A stretch of DNA of 64,000 nucleotides from contig NW_003314333.1 of assembly GCF_000143415.4 (NCBI RefSeq), positions 248,001 through 312,000 on the forward strand, in the 5' to 3' direction. Below, in pieces: positions 24,860 to 34,400 of this stretch (positions are counted from its first letter, which is position 1; each line of letters opens with the position of its first letter). The stretch comes from Selaginella moellendorffii. Taxonomy: Eukaryota; Plantae; Lycopodiophyta. The position numbers were made by a program, and so were the translations under genes. The notes beneath the pieces were generated by a model that was not told the DNA's origin, did not search any database, and worked only from the letters and a program-made list of their open reading frames with translations.

Positions 24860-25203
24860 AACCTGATGCGCATCACTGATCCACTTGTGATGGAAGGATC
24901 GGATCGCTGGCGACTCTGGCGACTCTGCAAAAAGTGCTTCATGTCTCAATCAAATTCTCTCATGCCTAGTTCATTCATTGTGCATTTGTCAAGTGTGCCC
25001 TGCAAACATTTCTCCAGGTGGTCCTCGCGACGAAAGACCTTCAAGGCATCCGTGAACAAGAGAGGATGCTGTGAGCAACATTCGTCGGAAAACAACTCGT
25101 AGAGCTTTTTTTACGAGCCCTGGGATCTCCTAATCCACATGCTCAAGAGGGAATCTTTGTCAATGGTACTTAGCGATCTCATCCCTCGAAGAAGCAATCT
25201 ATG

Positions 25204-25455
25204 AAGGCTTAGCTTGCGTGAGAGAAGCACACGCGTTTCGGGTGAGAACTGCCTCTAAGTAGAGATATCTGTCACTGTGAGTGAGCTGCAAGAGCACAAA
25301 TGCCCTACACCGAGTGTGGTATGTGTCTGTTCTTTAGTGGTGGTGACGCACGGTCACGGGCCAGGCAGCCGTGTGCCCAACGCTTCGTTCAATGTCTTGA
25401 GCATCTCTAGCGACAACCAGTCGTGGTGCGACGTGGAGCATTTCCTTGTCCTCGG
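25204..25455 (+). pseudogene. Relic of the 3' half of the histidine-phosphatase gene (copy of about 21910-22380)
   Basis: gagagaagc.cacgcgtt; gtggtggtgacgcacggt; cccaacgc.tcg.tcaatgtcttgagcatctctagcgacaaccag; tcgtggtgcgacgtggagcat. Confidence 0.9.
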
Positions 25456-25505
25456 GACCCCTCCATTCCATCCAAAGAATCCACACTCACAATTCCTTAG
25501 AATGA

Positions 25506-27257
25506 ATGAGCATTGCCCGCAGCCTCCGGTCCTGTGCTTGCCTTGCGGAGGCACGGCAGCTCCACGCTCGAATCATCGGCAGTGGAAGCGGCTTCTTTCT
25601 CGTCAATCTCTTGATCCAGGCGTACGGCAGATGTGGCAGCCCGGAAGAGGCAAGGATGGTGTTCGACCACGAGATCCAAGAGCCCAACATCTTCTCGTTG
25701 AATTTCATGATCCAGGCATATGCCCGGAATGGGTATACTGCGGAGGCCATGGATTTCTTTCACCAGATGCCGCGGAGGGACGTGGTTACCTGGACGTCAA
25801 TGGTTGCGCTTTTTATGCGTGCAAGGCACAAGCAAGAAGCTCAGACATTCTTCTTGAAAATGCCACAGCGGAATGCGATCACTTGGAATGTGCTACTCGC
25901 AGCAAATGCCCAGAATGGAGATGAGAGGTCTCTTGCAAAGGCTACGTTTGATGCGATGCCTGCTCGGACCATCATCTCTTGGAATACAATGCTACAGGCG
26001 GGGTCGGATCCGTCCGCAGTGAGTGATGTGTTTCACAAGATGCCGGCGCGTGATGGTGTTTCCTGGGACCTGGCAGCCTACCACAACCGCGATGCCAAAC
26101 ACTGGTTTGACAACAACCCGGAGAAATCCCATGTCTCGTGGAACATCCTCCATGCACGAACGGATGATTTGGAGCACTGCAAACTTGTCTACGAGAGAAT
26201 GCCCGCACACGGGGTCCTGTCGTCCACTGCCATGATCCAAGAATTCTCTTTGAAAGGGGAGATCAGTAGAGCACAAGGTGTGTTTCATGCAATGCATGCG
26301 CGCAGCCTCGTCACATGGAACACGATGATCTCAGCGTACTCGCAAGCGTTTCAGGTACGTCATGCACAAGATCTGTTTGATCGAGCTCCGCAGCGAGATG
26401 TCATCTCTTGGACTTCCATGTTTCAGGCTCTTGCGACCTTTGGGAAACTTTCGGATGCCAAGGCGGCATTCGACGATATGCCGGAGAAGAATGTAGTTTC
26501 CTGGACGGGGTTACTACTTCTATACTCTCGTGCCGAGAGCCTCGACCGTTCCAAAGCAGCGTTTGATCGAATGCCCAGGCACGACCTTCCTGGATGGAAC
26601 GCCATTATAGCAGCGTATGCTCGAAACGGGCATCTCAAGGAAGCGAGGCAGCTCTTTGAAGAGCTGATGCCGGAGAGAGGAACTTGGTCTTGCAGTTGCT
26701 TGATCGATGCCTACGCGCGACACGGCCAGCTGCAAGACGCGAAGAAACTCTTTGATGATCCTTTGAACACCAGAGACGTTGCCTCGTGGAACTCCATGAT
26801 GGAGGCGTATGCCCTCGACGAGCACAGCACGGAGACCATCCAGCTCTTCCGTGAGATGCAGCTCGACGGTACCACCCCGGACGGCATATCGTTTACCACC
26901 ATTCTGGCGGCATGCAGCCACCTTGGGCGTCCACAGGACGCGCAGCGCTACTTGGAGTCCATGGCCGGTGACTATGGACTAGAGCCGGAGCGAGATCACT
27001 ACATCTGCGTTATAGACAACCTGGGACGAGTGGGAAGGCTCGAACACGCCGAGGAGCTCGTTACTTACATGCCATCTCTGGAGCTGGATGGTGGCCATTT
27101 TGCCTGGAAAACATTGCTAGGAGCTTGTAGGAACCATGGCGATCTGGGACGGGGATGTTACGTGGCCAAGCACGCTCTAGAGCTGGATCCGCAATGGGCA
27201 TCGCTTTACTCTCTCCTATCAAACATTGTCGTTGAATCATTGAATGCTCAAGAATGA
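25506..27257 (+). CDS. PLS-class PPR protein ending in E domain (no DYW)
   Basis: Intronless 583-aa ORF with short-repeat array; HYICVIDNLGRVGRLEHAEEL...AWKTLLGACRNHG...YSLLSNI. Confidence 0.95.
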   Translation: MSIARSLRSCACLAEARQLHARIIGSGSGFFLVNLLIQAYGRCGSPEEARMVFDHEIQEPNIFSLNFMIQAYARNGYTAEAMDFFHQMPRRDVVTWTSMVALFMRARHKQEAQTFFLKMPQRNAITWNVLLAANAQNGDERSLAKATFDAMPARTIISWNTMLQAGSDPSAVSDVFHKMPARDGVSWDLAAYHNRDAKHWFDNNPEKSHVSWNILHARTDDLEHCKLVYERMPAHGVLSSTAMIQEFSLKGEISRAQGVFHAMHARSLVTWNTMISAYSQAFQVRHAQDLFDRAPQRDVISWTSMFQALATFGKLSDAKAAFDDMPEKNVVSWTGLLLLYSRAESLDRSKAAFDRMPRHDLPGWNAIIAAYARNGHLKEARQLFEELMPERGTWSCSCLIDAYARHGQLQDAKKLFDDPLNTRDVASWNSMMEAYALDEHSTETIQLFREMQLDGTTPDGISFTTILAACSHLGRPQDAQRYLESMAGDYGLEPERDHYICVIDNLGRVGRLEHAEELVTYMPSLELDGGHFAWKTLLGACRNHGDLGRGCYVAKHALELDPQWASLYSLLSNIVVESLNAQE

Positions 27258-27267
27258 GAGAGATACA

Positions 27268-27864
27268 CTACTTGTCAAAATCATCATCGTTATGATCGAG
27301 CTCCAAGACATCATCATCACTGTCGCTGTAAACTTCAATGTGATCAAGAGCTCCGTCGTCCCTGAGCTTCCGGAGTTCTCCTCTCACGTCTTTGGAAACC
27401 GCAAGCTTCCGGAGGATCTCGGCCACGTTAGAGAGCTGGCAGTCATCATCGTTATCGCCCTCATAGCTTTCGATCACAATGGCGTTATCCACAACATGAT
27501 CTGGTACCAAATCCCGGTCGTCGTCCACCAGCACCACCTTGCTCAAATCCCGACCAAGCTTGGTCACGTCCTTGGTTAGATCCGCTCCAAAGTCCATGTT
27601 TGATAGTAAGTGCGAGAACTCGGATCCTTTGCACTGGAGCTGCCGCAACGCGTTGGCTGCGTAGTCACTAGGAGCGCTAGTCCACAACACAAGCTCGTAG
27701 ATGTCCGCCATATCCTTTAGAAACTGATCCACTCCTGGCCGCTTGGATATATGCAATCGATCGCTAGTCAAGGGCCATAACAACGTCCCATCCATGTCCA
27801 GGACCAACGTCGCGGGCTTGGAACTTGGTGGAAGAAGAGGACTAGCTCGCCATTCACTCGCCAT
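27268..27864 (-). CDS. FCP1/SCP-like (NIF) HAD phosphatase, intronless, about 198 aa
   Basis: TLVLDMDGTL (DxDxT); KRPGVDQFL; YELVLWTS; KDVTKLGRDLSKVVLVDD; acidic tail. The upstream part of ORF 27268-28251 is antisense to the PPR and not coding. Confidence 0.85.
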   Translation of the reverse strand: MASEWRASPLLPPSSKPATLVLDMDGTLLWPLTSDRLHISKRPGVDQFLKDMADIYELVLWTSAPSDYAANALRQLQCKGSEFSHLLSNMDFGADLTKDVTKLGRDLSKVVLVDDDRDLVPDHVVDNAIVIESYEGDNDDDCQLSNVAEILRKLAVSKDVRGELRKLRDDGALDHIEVYSDSDDDVLELDHNDDDFDK

Positions 27865-27913
27865 CGAATAAAACTCCTCCAACCTAGATTTCTCTCGCGG
27901 GGGCCTTATTTGT

Positions 27914-30604
27914 ATGAGGCCGTGGCAACTGGTGCGCACGAGATCCATCCATGCTTTGAGCGCTCTCCAGGAGCAAGACGCGTTTGCGCAGCTCGTGCGA
28001 TCCTGCCGAGACATATCCCAGGCGAAACATCTCCACTCTAGCATCCTCTCCAGCGCGCACGCTACCAACACCTTTCTCGTGAACCTCATCGTCCAAATGT
28101 ATGGCCGATGCGGCGATGTAAACAGCGCTAGGCAGGTTTTCGATTCGCTTCGGCAGCCCAATCTCTTCTCCTGGAACATCATGATCCAGGCATATGCCCA
28201 AAACGGGCAACTCCACGATGCCAAGCTCGTTTTCGATGCGGTTCCTTGCAAGGATGTTGTCTCCTGGAACGCGATGATAGCGATTTTTGTTCTAGCTGGA
28301 GATGTCGAGGGAGCTCATTATGTCTTTGATTGCATGGACCACCGAAATGTGGTTTCGTGGAACACGATATTAGCAGCATATACCGAGTTTGGGCATATTG
28401 AAACTGTTCTTCTTCTCTTTGAAAGAATGCCTCAAACAAACGCGATATCGACGAATACTCTTATTCAAGCTCTTGCTTGCTCCCACCGTCTTGATGAATC
28501 CAAGTCCCTTTTTGATTTGATGCCCGTTAGAACGGTTGTTTCATGGAACACACTCCTGCAGGCTTATACCTACAGCGGGCAGCCGGAGCTAGTGATCATC
28601 ATCTATCTCCGGATGCCTCATTGGGACGTCGTCTCGTGCTCGTCGTTGATCGCTGTGTCGGACAAAGACGATCGCTTGGGTTATGGCAAGCAGTCCTTTG
28701 ATCAAATGCCTCACCGAAACATCATCTCCTGGACCGCCATGTTTCAGGCGTATGCCCAAACGGGACATCTCCATTCTGCTACAGAGGTGTTTTGCAAGAT
28801 GCCCGAGTGGAATCTAGTGTCCATGAACGCACTGCTCCAAGCGTCCGCAGATCTAGATAGTTTAGAAGTTTCCCAGGAAGTGTTTGCATGGATGCCCGAC
28901 AGGGATGCAGTGTCGTGGACAGTGATGCTCCAGGCAAATGCTCAAGCCGGAGACTTATCCACAGCAGCAACCATCTTCAACGAAATGCCGTGCCGGAGCA
29001 TGGTCTCCTGGAACTCCATGCTGCAAATCTTAAGCCAGAGGGTCGACTCCATCACCTATGCTAAGCTCCTGTTTGATCTCATCCCCCAGCACGACACCAT
29101 CTCCTGGACAACGATGATTGCGGCATTCGCCCAGGCCGGATGCGTGGACGAGGCCTGGGACGTGTTCGCCAGCATACCACAGCACAGCTCCATCTCCTGG
29201 ACCGCCATGATCGCGGCTTTCACTCACAACGGATTCACGAGCGAGGCACTGCGACACTTCGAGTCGATGCCCGAGCAAGGGCTGGCAGCCAAGAACACCA
29301 TCATCTCTTGCCATGCCGAGGCCACGGGCGAGATGAGCTCGAGCAAGCGCGTCTTCGATGAGATGAGCCAACGAGACGTGGTTACTTGGACGGCCATGAT
29401 TGGGGGATACGGTCAGGTTGACGCTCCAGATGAAGCCACGGCGGTGTTTGAGCGAATGCCACAGTGGGATCTCGTTGCCTGGAACGCGCTCATCCAGGCC
29501 TACGCGCAAAACGGCGGGGTCGATGGTAGCAAGAGGCTGTTCGATGCGATGCCGAAGAGGAATCGAGTGTCGTGGAGCACGATGGTGCAACTGGTTGCCG
29601 GGGAGGATCCGGCGGCCGGGCGATTGATGCTGGAGAAGATGCCCCGCCAGGACGCCGTCGCCTGGACTGCCGTCGTCGCGGCATACGCGCAGCTGGGCCG
29701 ACTGTTAGAGATCGGTGATCTCTTCGACAGCGTGCATTGCGTGGATGTGGTGGCGTGGAATGCGATGATCCAAGCCAACTGCAAGGACTCCAACCTCGAG
29801 GGCGCCAAGGCTGTGTTTGATCGAATGCCCAAAAGGAATGTTGTGTCTTGGAATTCAGTTTTGTCAGCAAATGCCCAGAGAGGGTATCTTGAGACTGCGA
29901 AACTGGTGTTTGACTCTATGCCCAGCCGAGATGTGGTGTCTTGGAACGTTATGGTTGCGGGCTATGCTCAGAAAGGGTTTCTAGAGGAAGCTCGGTTCTT
30001 GCTGGAGCAGCTTCCACAGGGCGATGCAACGTCGTGGAACACCATGTTTGATGCATATGCCTTGAATGGGCAATGCTCAAAGGCGCTGGAGCTCTTTCCA
30101 CTCATGAACTTGGAAGGAGTTGTGGCCAACGAGGTGAGCTTTGTTAGTATTCTCGCCGCTTGCAGCCACTTGGGACTTGTCAAGGAAGGATGGCACCACT
30201 TCACTTGCATGACCGACGATGTGGGACTATCGCCCACTCGCGAGCACTACCTTTGTATGGTGGACATGCTCGCTCGCTCCGGGCGGCTTTGGGACGCGGA
30301 GAACTTGATAGGAACAATGCCATTCCCTCCTGATGGTGTGGCCTGGGGGACTTTACTAGCGGCTTGCCGAAACAATGTCGATGTGGAGCGCGGAGCTCGA
30401 GCAGCCGAGGAGGCACTCCAGCACGAGTACGACGTCTCCGGCCCCTACATGCTACTCTGCAGCATGCAGGCGGTAGCGGCTCACTGCACAGGCTCTGAGA
30501 CAAGCGCTCATCGGCAAACTGGCTTAGTTTATCATGAGTTAGAGAGCTCGAGCTTTTACAACGAAGAACGATCAAGCACGAAAGTTACGAGCGTTCGATC
30601 ATGA
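27914..30604 (+). CDS. PLS-class PPR protein ending in E domain, with a non-conserved tail (no DYW)
   Basis: Intronless 896-aa ORF with more than 20 short repeats; HYLCMVDMLARSGRLWDAENLIGTMPFPPDGVAWGTLLAACR. Confidence 0.95.
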   Translation: MRPWQLVRTRSIHALSALQEQDAFAQLVRSCRDISQAKHLHSSILSSAHATNTFLVNLIVQMYGRCGDVNSARQVFDSLRQPNLFSWNIMIQAYAQNGQLHDAKLVFDAVPCKDVVSWNAMIAIFVLAGDVEGAHYVFDCMDHRNVVSWNTILAAYTEFGHIETVLLLFERMPQTNAISTNTLIQALACSHRLDESKSLFDLMPVRTVVSWNTLLQAYTYSGQPELVIIIYLRMPHWDVVSCSSLIAVSDKDDRLGYGKQSFDQMPHRNIISWTAMFQAYAQTGHLHSATEVFCKMPEWNLVSMNALLQASADLDSLEVSQEVFAWMPDRDAVSWTVMLQANAQAGDLSTAATIFNEMPCRSMVSWNSMLQILSQRVDSITYAKLLFDLIPQHDTISWTTMIAAFAQAGCVDEAWDVFASIPQHSSISWTAMIAAFTHNGFTSEALRHFESMPEQGLAAKNTIISCHAEATGEMSSSKRVFDEMSQRDVVTWTAMIGGYGQVDAPDEATAVFERMPQWDLVAWNALIQAYAQNGGVDGSKRLFDAMPKRNRVSWSTMVQLVAGEDPAAGRLMLEKMPRQDAVAWTAVVAAYAQLGRLLEIGDLFDSVHCVDVVAWNAMIQANCKDSNLEGAKAVFDRMPKRNVVSWNSVLSANAQRGYLETAKLVFDSMPSRDVVSWNVMVAGYAQKGFLEEARFLLEQLPQGDATSWNTMFDAYALNGQCSKALELFPLMNLEGVVANEVSFVSILAACSHLGLVKEGWHHFTCMTDDVGLSPTREHYLCMVDMLARSGRLWDAENLIGTMPFPPDGVAWGTLLAACRNNVDVERGARAAEEALQHEYDVSGPYMLLCSMQAVAAHCTGSETSAHRQTGLVYHELESSSFYNEERSSTKVTSVRS

Positions 30605-31033
30605 CGACGACGAGGAGCTCAGCCCCTGCAAGCAATTGAAGTTGAAGCTGTATGCCTCGTAGCGCATGTAGCACACGTCGGTGCTCGTCTTCATGCACAG
30701 CCTAGCTCCCTTGGAGAGTGGCGCTGCTCGATCGAGATTCGCCTTGATAGTCTGCAAGCATCCCTTGCAGTTGCTGCCTTTGATGCAGAGGGCGAAGCCA
30801 CTGACAGTGTTGGGCGACTGGCCGTGGCTAAACTCCGAAGAGACAGCCTGGGGAGCATGATCCAGCAGGACTTGATACACATCTAGCCAGTTCTGCTGGA
30901 ACGGACTTCCCAAGCTCGTGTTACCTGTGTTGTAGTACATGAGGTTTGTTCCAATGTCGTCGGGACAACCGTCGGAGGCGTCTCCGAAGCTCATGGCGTG
31001 GATCAGCAGCAAGATGATGGCGAGGAGAGCCAT
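30599..31033 (-). CDS. Secreted single-domain Gnk2-homologous (DUF26/stress-antifungal) protein
   Basis: Signal peptide; GSPFQQN; GFALC..C..CL; GAR; CYMRYEAYSF. Overlaps the PPR stop by 6 bp. Confidence 0.85.
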   Translation of the reverse strand: MALLAIILLLIHAMSFGDASDGCPDDIGTNLMYYNTGNTSLGSPFQQNWLDVYQVLLDHAPQAVSSEFSHGQSPNTVSGFALCIKGSNCKGCLQTIKANLDRAAPLSKGARLCMKTSTDVCYMRYEAYSFNFNCLQGLSSSSSS

Positions 31034-31339
31034 CCTCAGATTTTACTAAGTACCACTTACTCGCTCGCTCTTCACAACGAAACTAGGCGAGCACCAATCT
31101 TTTATATCCACAAGGAAGCTTGACTTAGTCCCAAGTTGGAGCGAGCACCACTGAAAATGACTCGATGCAATAGCTTAATGCAAGCACATCCTTTTCTCCA
31201 TTGCTAGAATCGTGCTTCTCATTCAGGTAGTTAGCAGTGGAATCGTGAAAAGAGCAAGCCTCCGACTGGAAACTTTTCGACTAGAGCTCCACCGCGACGC
31301 TGGGACTGTCCGGCTTGATCCATTCCACTTCAAGGTAGG

Positions 31340-31664
31340 CCAGTGCCTTGTCAACTGGGCCGGCATATGGCGGCAAGCAACGACGATGGAAGCGAGTACG
31401 GCACTGTCTCGGCCTTGTTCGTCATCCCGCATTTCATGGAAGAATTGAGCTCCATTGTCGGCTCTAGCCAGACACCAACGAACTCCGTGTAACCAAAATC
31501 TGCCGGGCATCAGCCATACAAACACACTTGGTGAGCGCTTCGATGATCCTGGAGCGGCAGACACGAGCGTGGTGGAGGGATATGAGAGACGAGGAATCCA
31601 TGACAAGTTTGCCGCCCCTGATAGCGGCAACGAATGCGGCGGACACGACGCCAAATCCGTGCAT
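31340..31664 (-). pseudogene. Degenerate PPR fragment
   Basis: Frameshifted pieces SAAFVAAIR...IIEALTKCVCMADARQI..SLVS and AQFFHEMRDDEQGRDSAVLASIVVACRH. Confidence 0.55.
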
Positions 31665-31767
31665 GCCTGGAGGCTCGCCACCTTTCTCTTCCTCTTGGGA
31701 TCGTTCGAGTAAACCGTCACGCTGGGACTCGATTGAAACTTGCCAAGAACACGAACTTACTTTTCTC

Positions 31768-33195
31768 CTAGTTCCGCCTGTGCTTGCGACTGAGATCGAG
31801 CGCCAGTGGCCTTCCAATGCTCCGGCGCATCCACAGGCACGCCCTGGGCGACGGATCCGAAGCCCCCAACGAATCCAATCGCTTGAGCGTCAAGGCGGCC
31901 GCTTTCTTGACACACACATCCACCGCCGCGGGCCGTAGGTGTTGCTCTTCGTGATATGATCGATCCTGCTCGTCGCCGTGATGGCGACGATCCGGTGCCA
32001 AATTGCTGGAATTGCTAGCGGCAGCCAGCGCCTGGCACACCTCGATTGCGAGCTGGCGGTGTTGGGCGATAACATCCGCGGCAGCAGCTGTACCGGTGGA
32101 TCCCCTGCCGGTGGGACTGTTACTCCTTGAATCCGAGTGCTCCTCTTGATCTTCCTCCTCGGATTCCTCGTCCTTAGCTGCTGCAACTTGTTCTCGATCG
32201 TGATTTCCATCTTGGTCTTCTTTATCTTGGTGACTTGCAGCAACGTCGGAGCTCACAGGCGGAGGATCTTCTTCATGAATAGAATCCCTGGCAAAGTCCG
32301 TCAGATCGATCTCATAGCTGGTGTCTGGATCTTGGTCCTTGCAAGTGCTCGTCACCACAGATTCCTGGACTGCCCGCACGGCGGCATCAAACAGCTCGCC
32401 CCCTTTCCTACTCGAGTTGGATCTGGCGAAGCGAGCAGGGGATGCCAAGGGCGACGAGATGGACGACCTCTTGCTCTTGCTGCGCAGCAGCAATCCACCA
32501 GAGCTCCGGCCATTGCAGTAGATGGAAGAAGGGGCCGGCTGCGTTGCGGGTAGCGTTTTGCTGTTCTTGAGCTTCTTCTTCTTCTTGGAGGAGGAAGACG
32601 ATGATCTCACCTTTACCTGTCCAATGCAAGTCACCTGTGGAGACGTTGGTTCGCTGTAGCTCCCTCGAGCAGAATCCGCCGGAACTCTCGAGAAAGTTGG
32701 CCCGCCTTTGGTACTGCCGCATCTCATGCTCCCTCCGCCGCCACCGCCGCCACCTCCTCCTCCGGATGCCACCATCATCATCTCCGCCACAGCGGCAGCA
32801 CCATGGCCGGGATGATCCGCGAGAACCAGCTTGGGAATGAGGCCCAGCGAGCTCCTCGTCTTGCTACTCCGGCTCCCGGGGAAGCAACCCAGGAAGTGGT
32901 GGCCAAAGTAGCTCCGCTTGCTGGGCGCGGCATACCTGGCGCTCGACCCACCGTTTCGGATGCTTCCCTGCCTCTCCATCATCATCATCCCGCTGCCATT
33001 CATCGCCTTGGAGCTCAGCCCCCGCTGCTGCTGCTGCTGGCCGCCACTGCTGTAAGTGAGCGTTTCACACATGACCCGCGAGTAGTCCCGGCTAGACGAT
33101 TTCTTGAGCACAATATGTGGATCATGGTCGCTGTGATTCACGACCTCTTCGTCCCCTCCGCCTTCGGATGCTCCGCCCGACGATCCTGCCGCCAT
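31768..33195 (-). CDS. Intronless low-complexity plant protein with EPTSPxVTCIGQV motif
   Basis: Motif SEPTSPQVTCIGQVKV and C-terminal CLWMRRS..LALDL, typical of an uncharacterised land-plant family. First in-frame ATG at 33195. Confidence 0.7.
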   Translation of the reverse strand: MAAGSSGGASEGGGDEEVVNHSDHDPHIVLKKSSSRDYSRVMCETLTYSSGGQQQQQRGLSSKAMNGSGMMMMERQGSIRNGGSSARYAAPSKRSYFGHHFLGCFPGSRSSKTRSSLGLIPKLVLADHPGHGAAAVAEMMMVASGGGGGGGGGGGSMRCGSTKGGPTFSRVPADSARGSYSEPTSPQVTCIGQVKVRSSSSSSKKKKKLKNSKTLPATQPAPSSIYCNGRSSGGLLLRSKSKRSSISSPLASPARFARSNSSRKGGELFDAAVRAVQESVVTSTCKDQDPDTSYEIDLTDFARDSIHEEDPPPVSSDVAASHQDKEDQDGNHDREQVAAAKDEESEEEDQEEHSDSRSNSPTGRGSTGTAAAADVIAQHRQLAIEVCQALAAASNSSNLAPDRRHHGDEQDRSYHEEQHLRPAAVDVCVKKAAALTLKRLDSLGASDPSPRACLWMRRSIGRPLALDLSRKHRRN

Positions 33196-33359
33196 GATAG
33201 CTTGTGCGAGTGACGGCTTCCCCGGCTTCTTGGGCAATGCGAGGGGGAGAGAGATAGAATCCAATGCTAGCTAGGGTAGGATCCACACCTCTCCAGCCTC
33301 CAGGCCTTCCTTCCAGCTATAGCTACTTAGCTATCTAACAACAAGTGAGTGATAGACTC

Positions 33360-33363
<4 letters not shown>

Positions 33364-33398
<35 letters not shown>
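33364..33398. repeat. (CT)n/(GA)n microsatellite upstream of the EPTSP-motif gene
   Basis: About 17 CT units. Confidence 0.9.
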
Positions 33399-33401
<3 letters not shown>

Positions 33402-34400
33402 CTCAGCTCACACTCACACTAAAGCATGCTTGGCCTCTTTGTTTTTGCTCGCTCATCACTGATCAGGGCTTTCATCGTCCGAGTTAGTTGGAGCCAGTTC
33501 ATAAACAGGCATCTCTCTACCTAAAAAACACTCGCTCTCGATCTCGATCGACGCCATCACTAAACAATTGGTAACCAGGCGTCGGGGATTGAGTAGGACA
33601 TTAGATATTGATATTTCTATCTCTCCTCCATGTTGATGGTGGGGTGGAAGGAATTAGCGGCGAGGTTTGCTCAGGGAAAATCCCCCCGGCCACCTCCATC
33701 TCCATCCAAACACCAAAAAGCAAACAAGCGCAAACAAGGCACACAGCAGTGATCTTGTTTTGTCAGGCCAGGGGACCGACGTTGACACGCTGCATACACC
33801 CCCCTGTAGCCATATACAATACAATACAATATACACCTGTGTAAATATGCGTATAAAAAAGGTGACTGACTGCTCCTGGGCTTCGCTTTTGCTCTCGGTC
33901 CAACGATCGATTCCCTCCACCAGCAAAGAAATGCTTGCCTTGTGGACAAGTCGATCACACGGGTTAGGGAAGCCAGACTTGACCGGGGAAAAGGTGGCGC
34001 AACTCCTTCAAGTTGGTGACCTTGGCCTTCGGTCAAATCATTCGCGTTTCGGAGGAAGAGATTTGAAGAGAAAGAATATCAAATGCTGTGCCATGCTGGT
34101 GTTTGTCCAATGGTGGCGTACGCATGAGCGTAAATAATGTGGGTGGTGGTCAGACCCCGGCCTGGATGCGATCATGCGATGCGATGCCATGAGAAATTGT
34201 TTTGGACGTACAAGAAGAAACAAACAAACGAGAGGAGCTCTGCCAGATTTTACTTCACATAACATGGCCAGCTCAGTCTAAGCAGCGACTTTGACACGGT
34301 CTTCCACGTTTCGCCCTCGAATATTTTCAAACTTCAAATAAACCCCGCGAAGATAACTCTGTTCTTGATTGTCAAAGAGAGAAAGTGATCCGATCCATCG

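Noticed and set aside
27865-28251. N-terminal extension of the FCP1-like phosphatase
   Set aside because: Almost entirely antisense to the PPR CDS; phosphatase homology begins only after the ATG at 27864.
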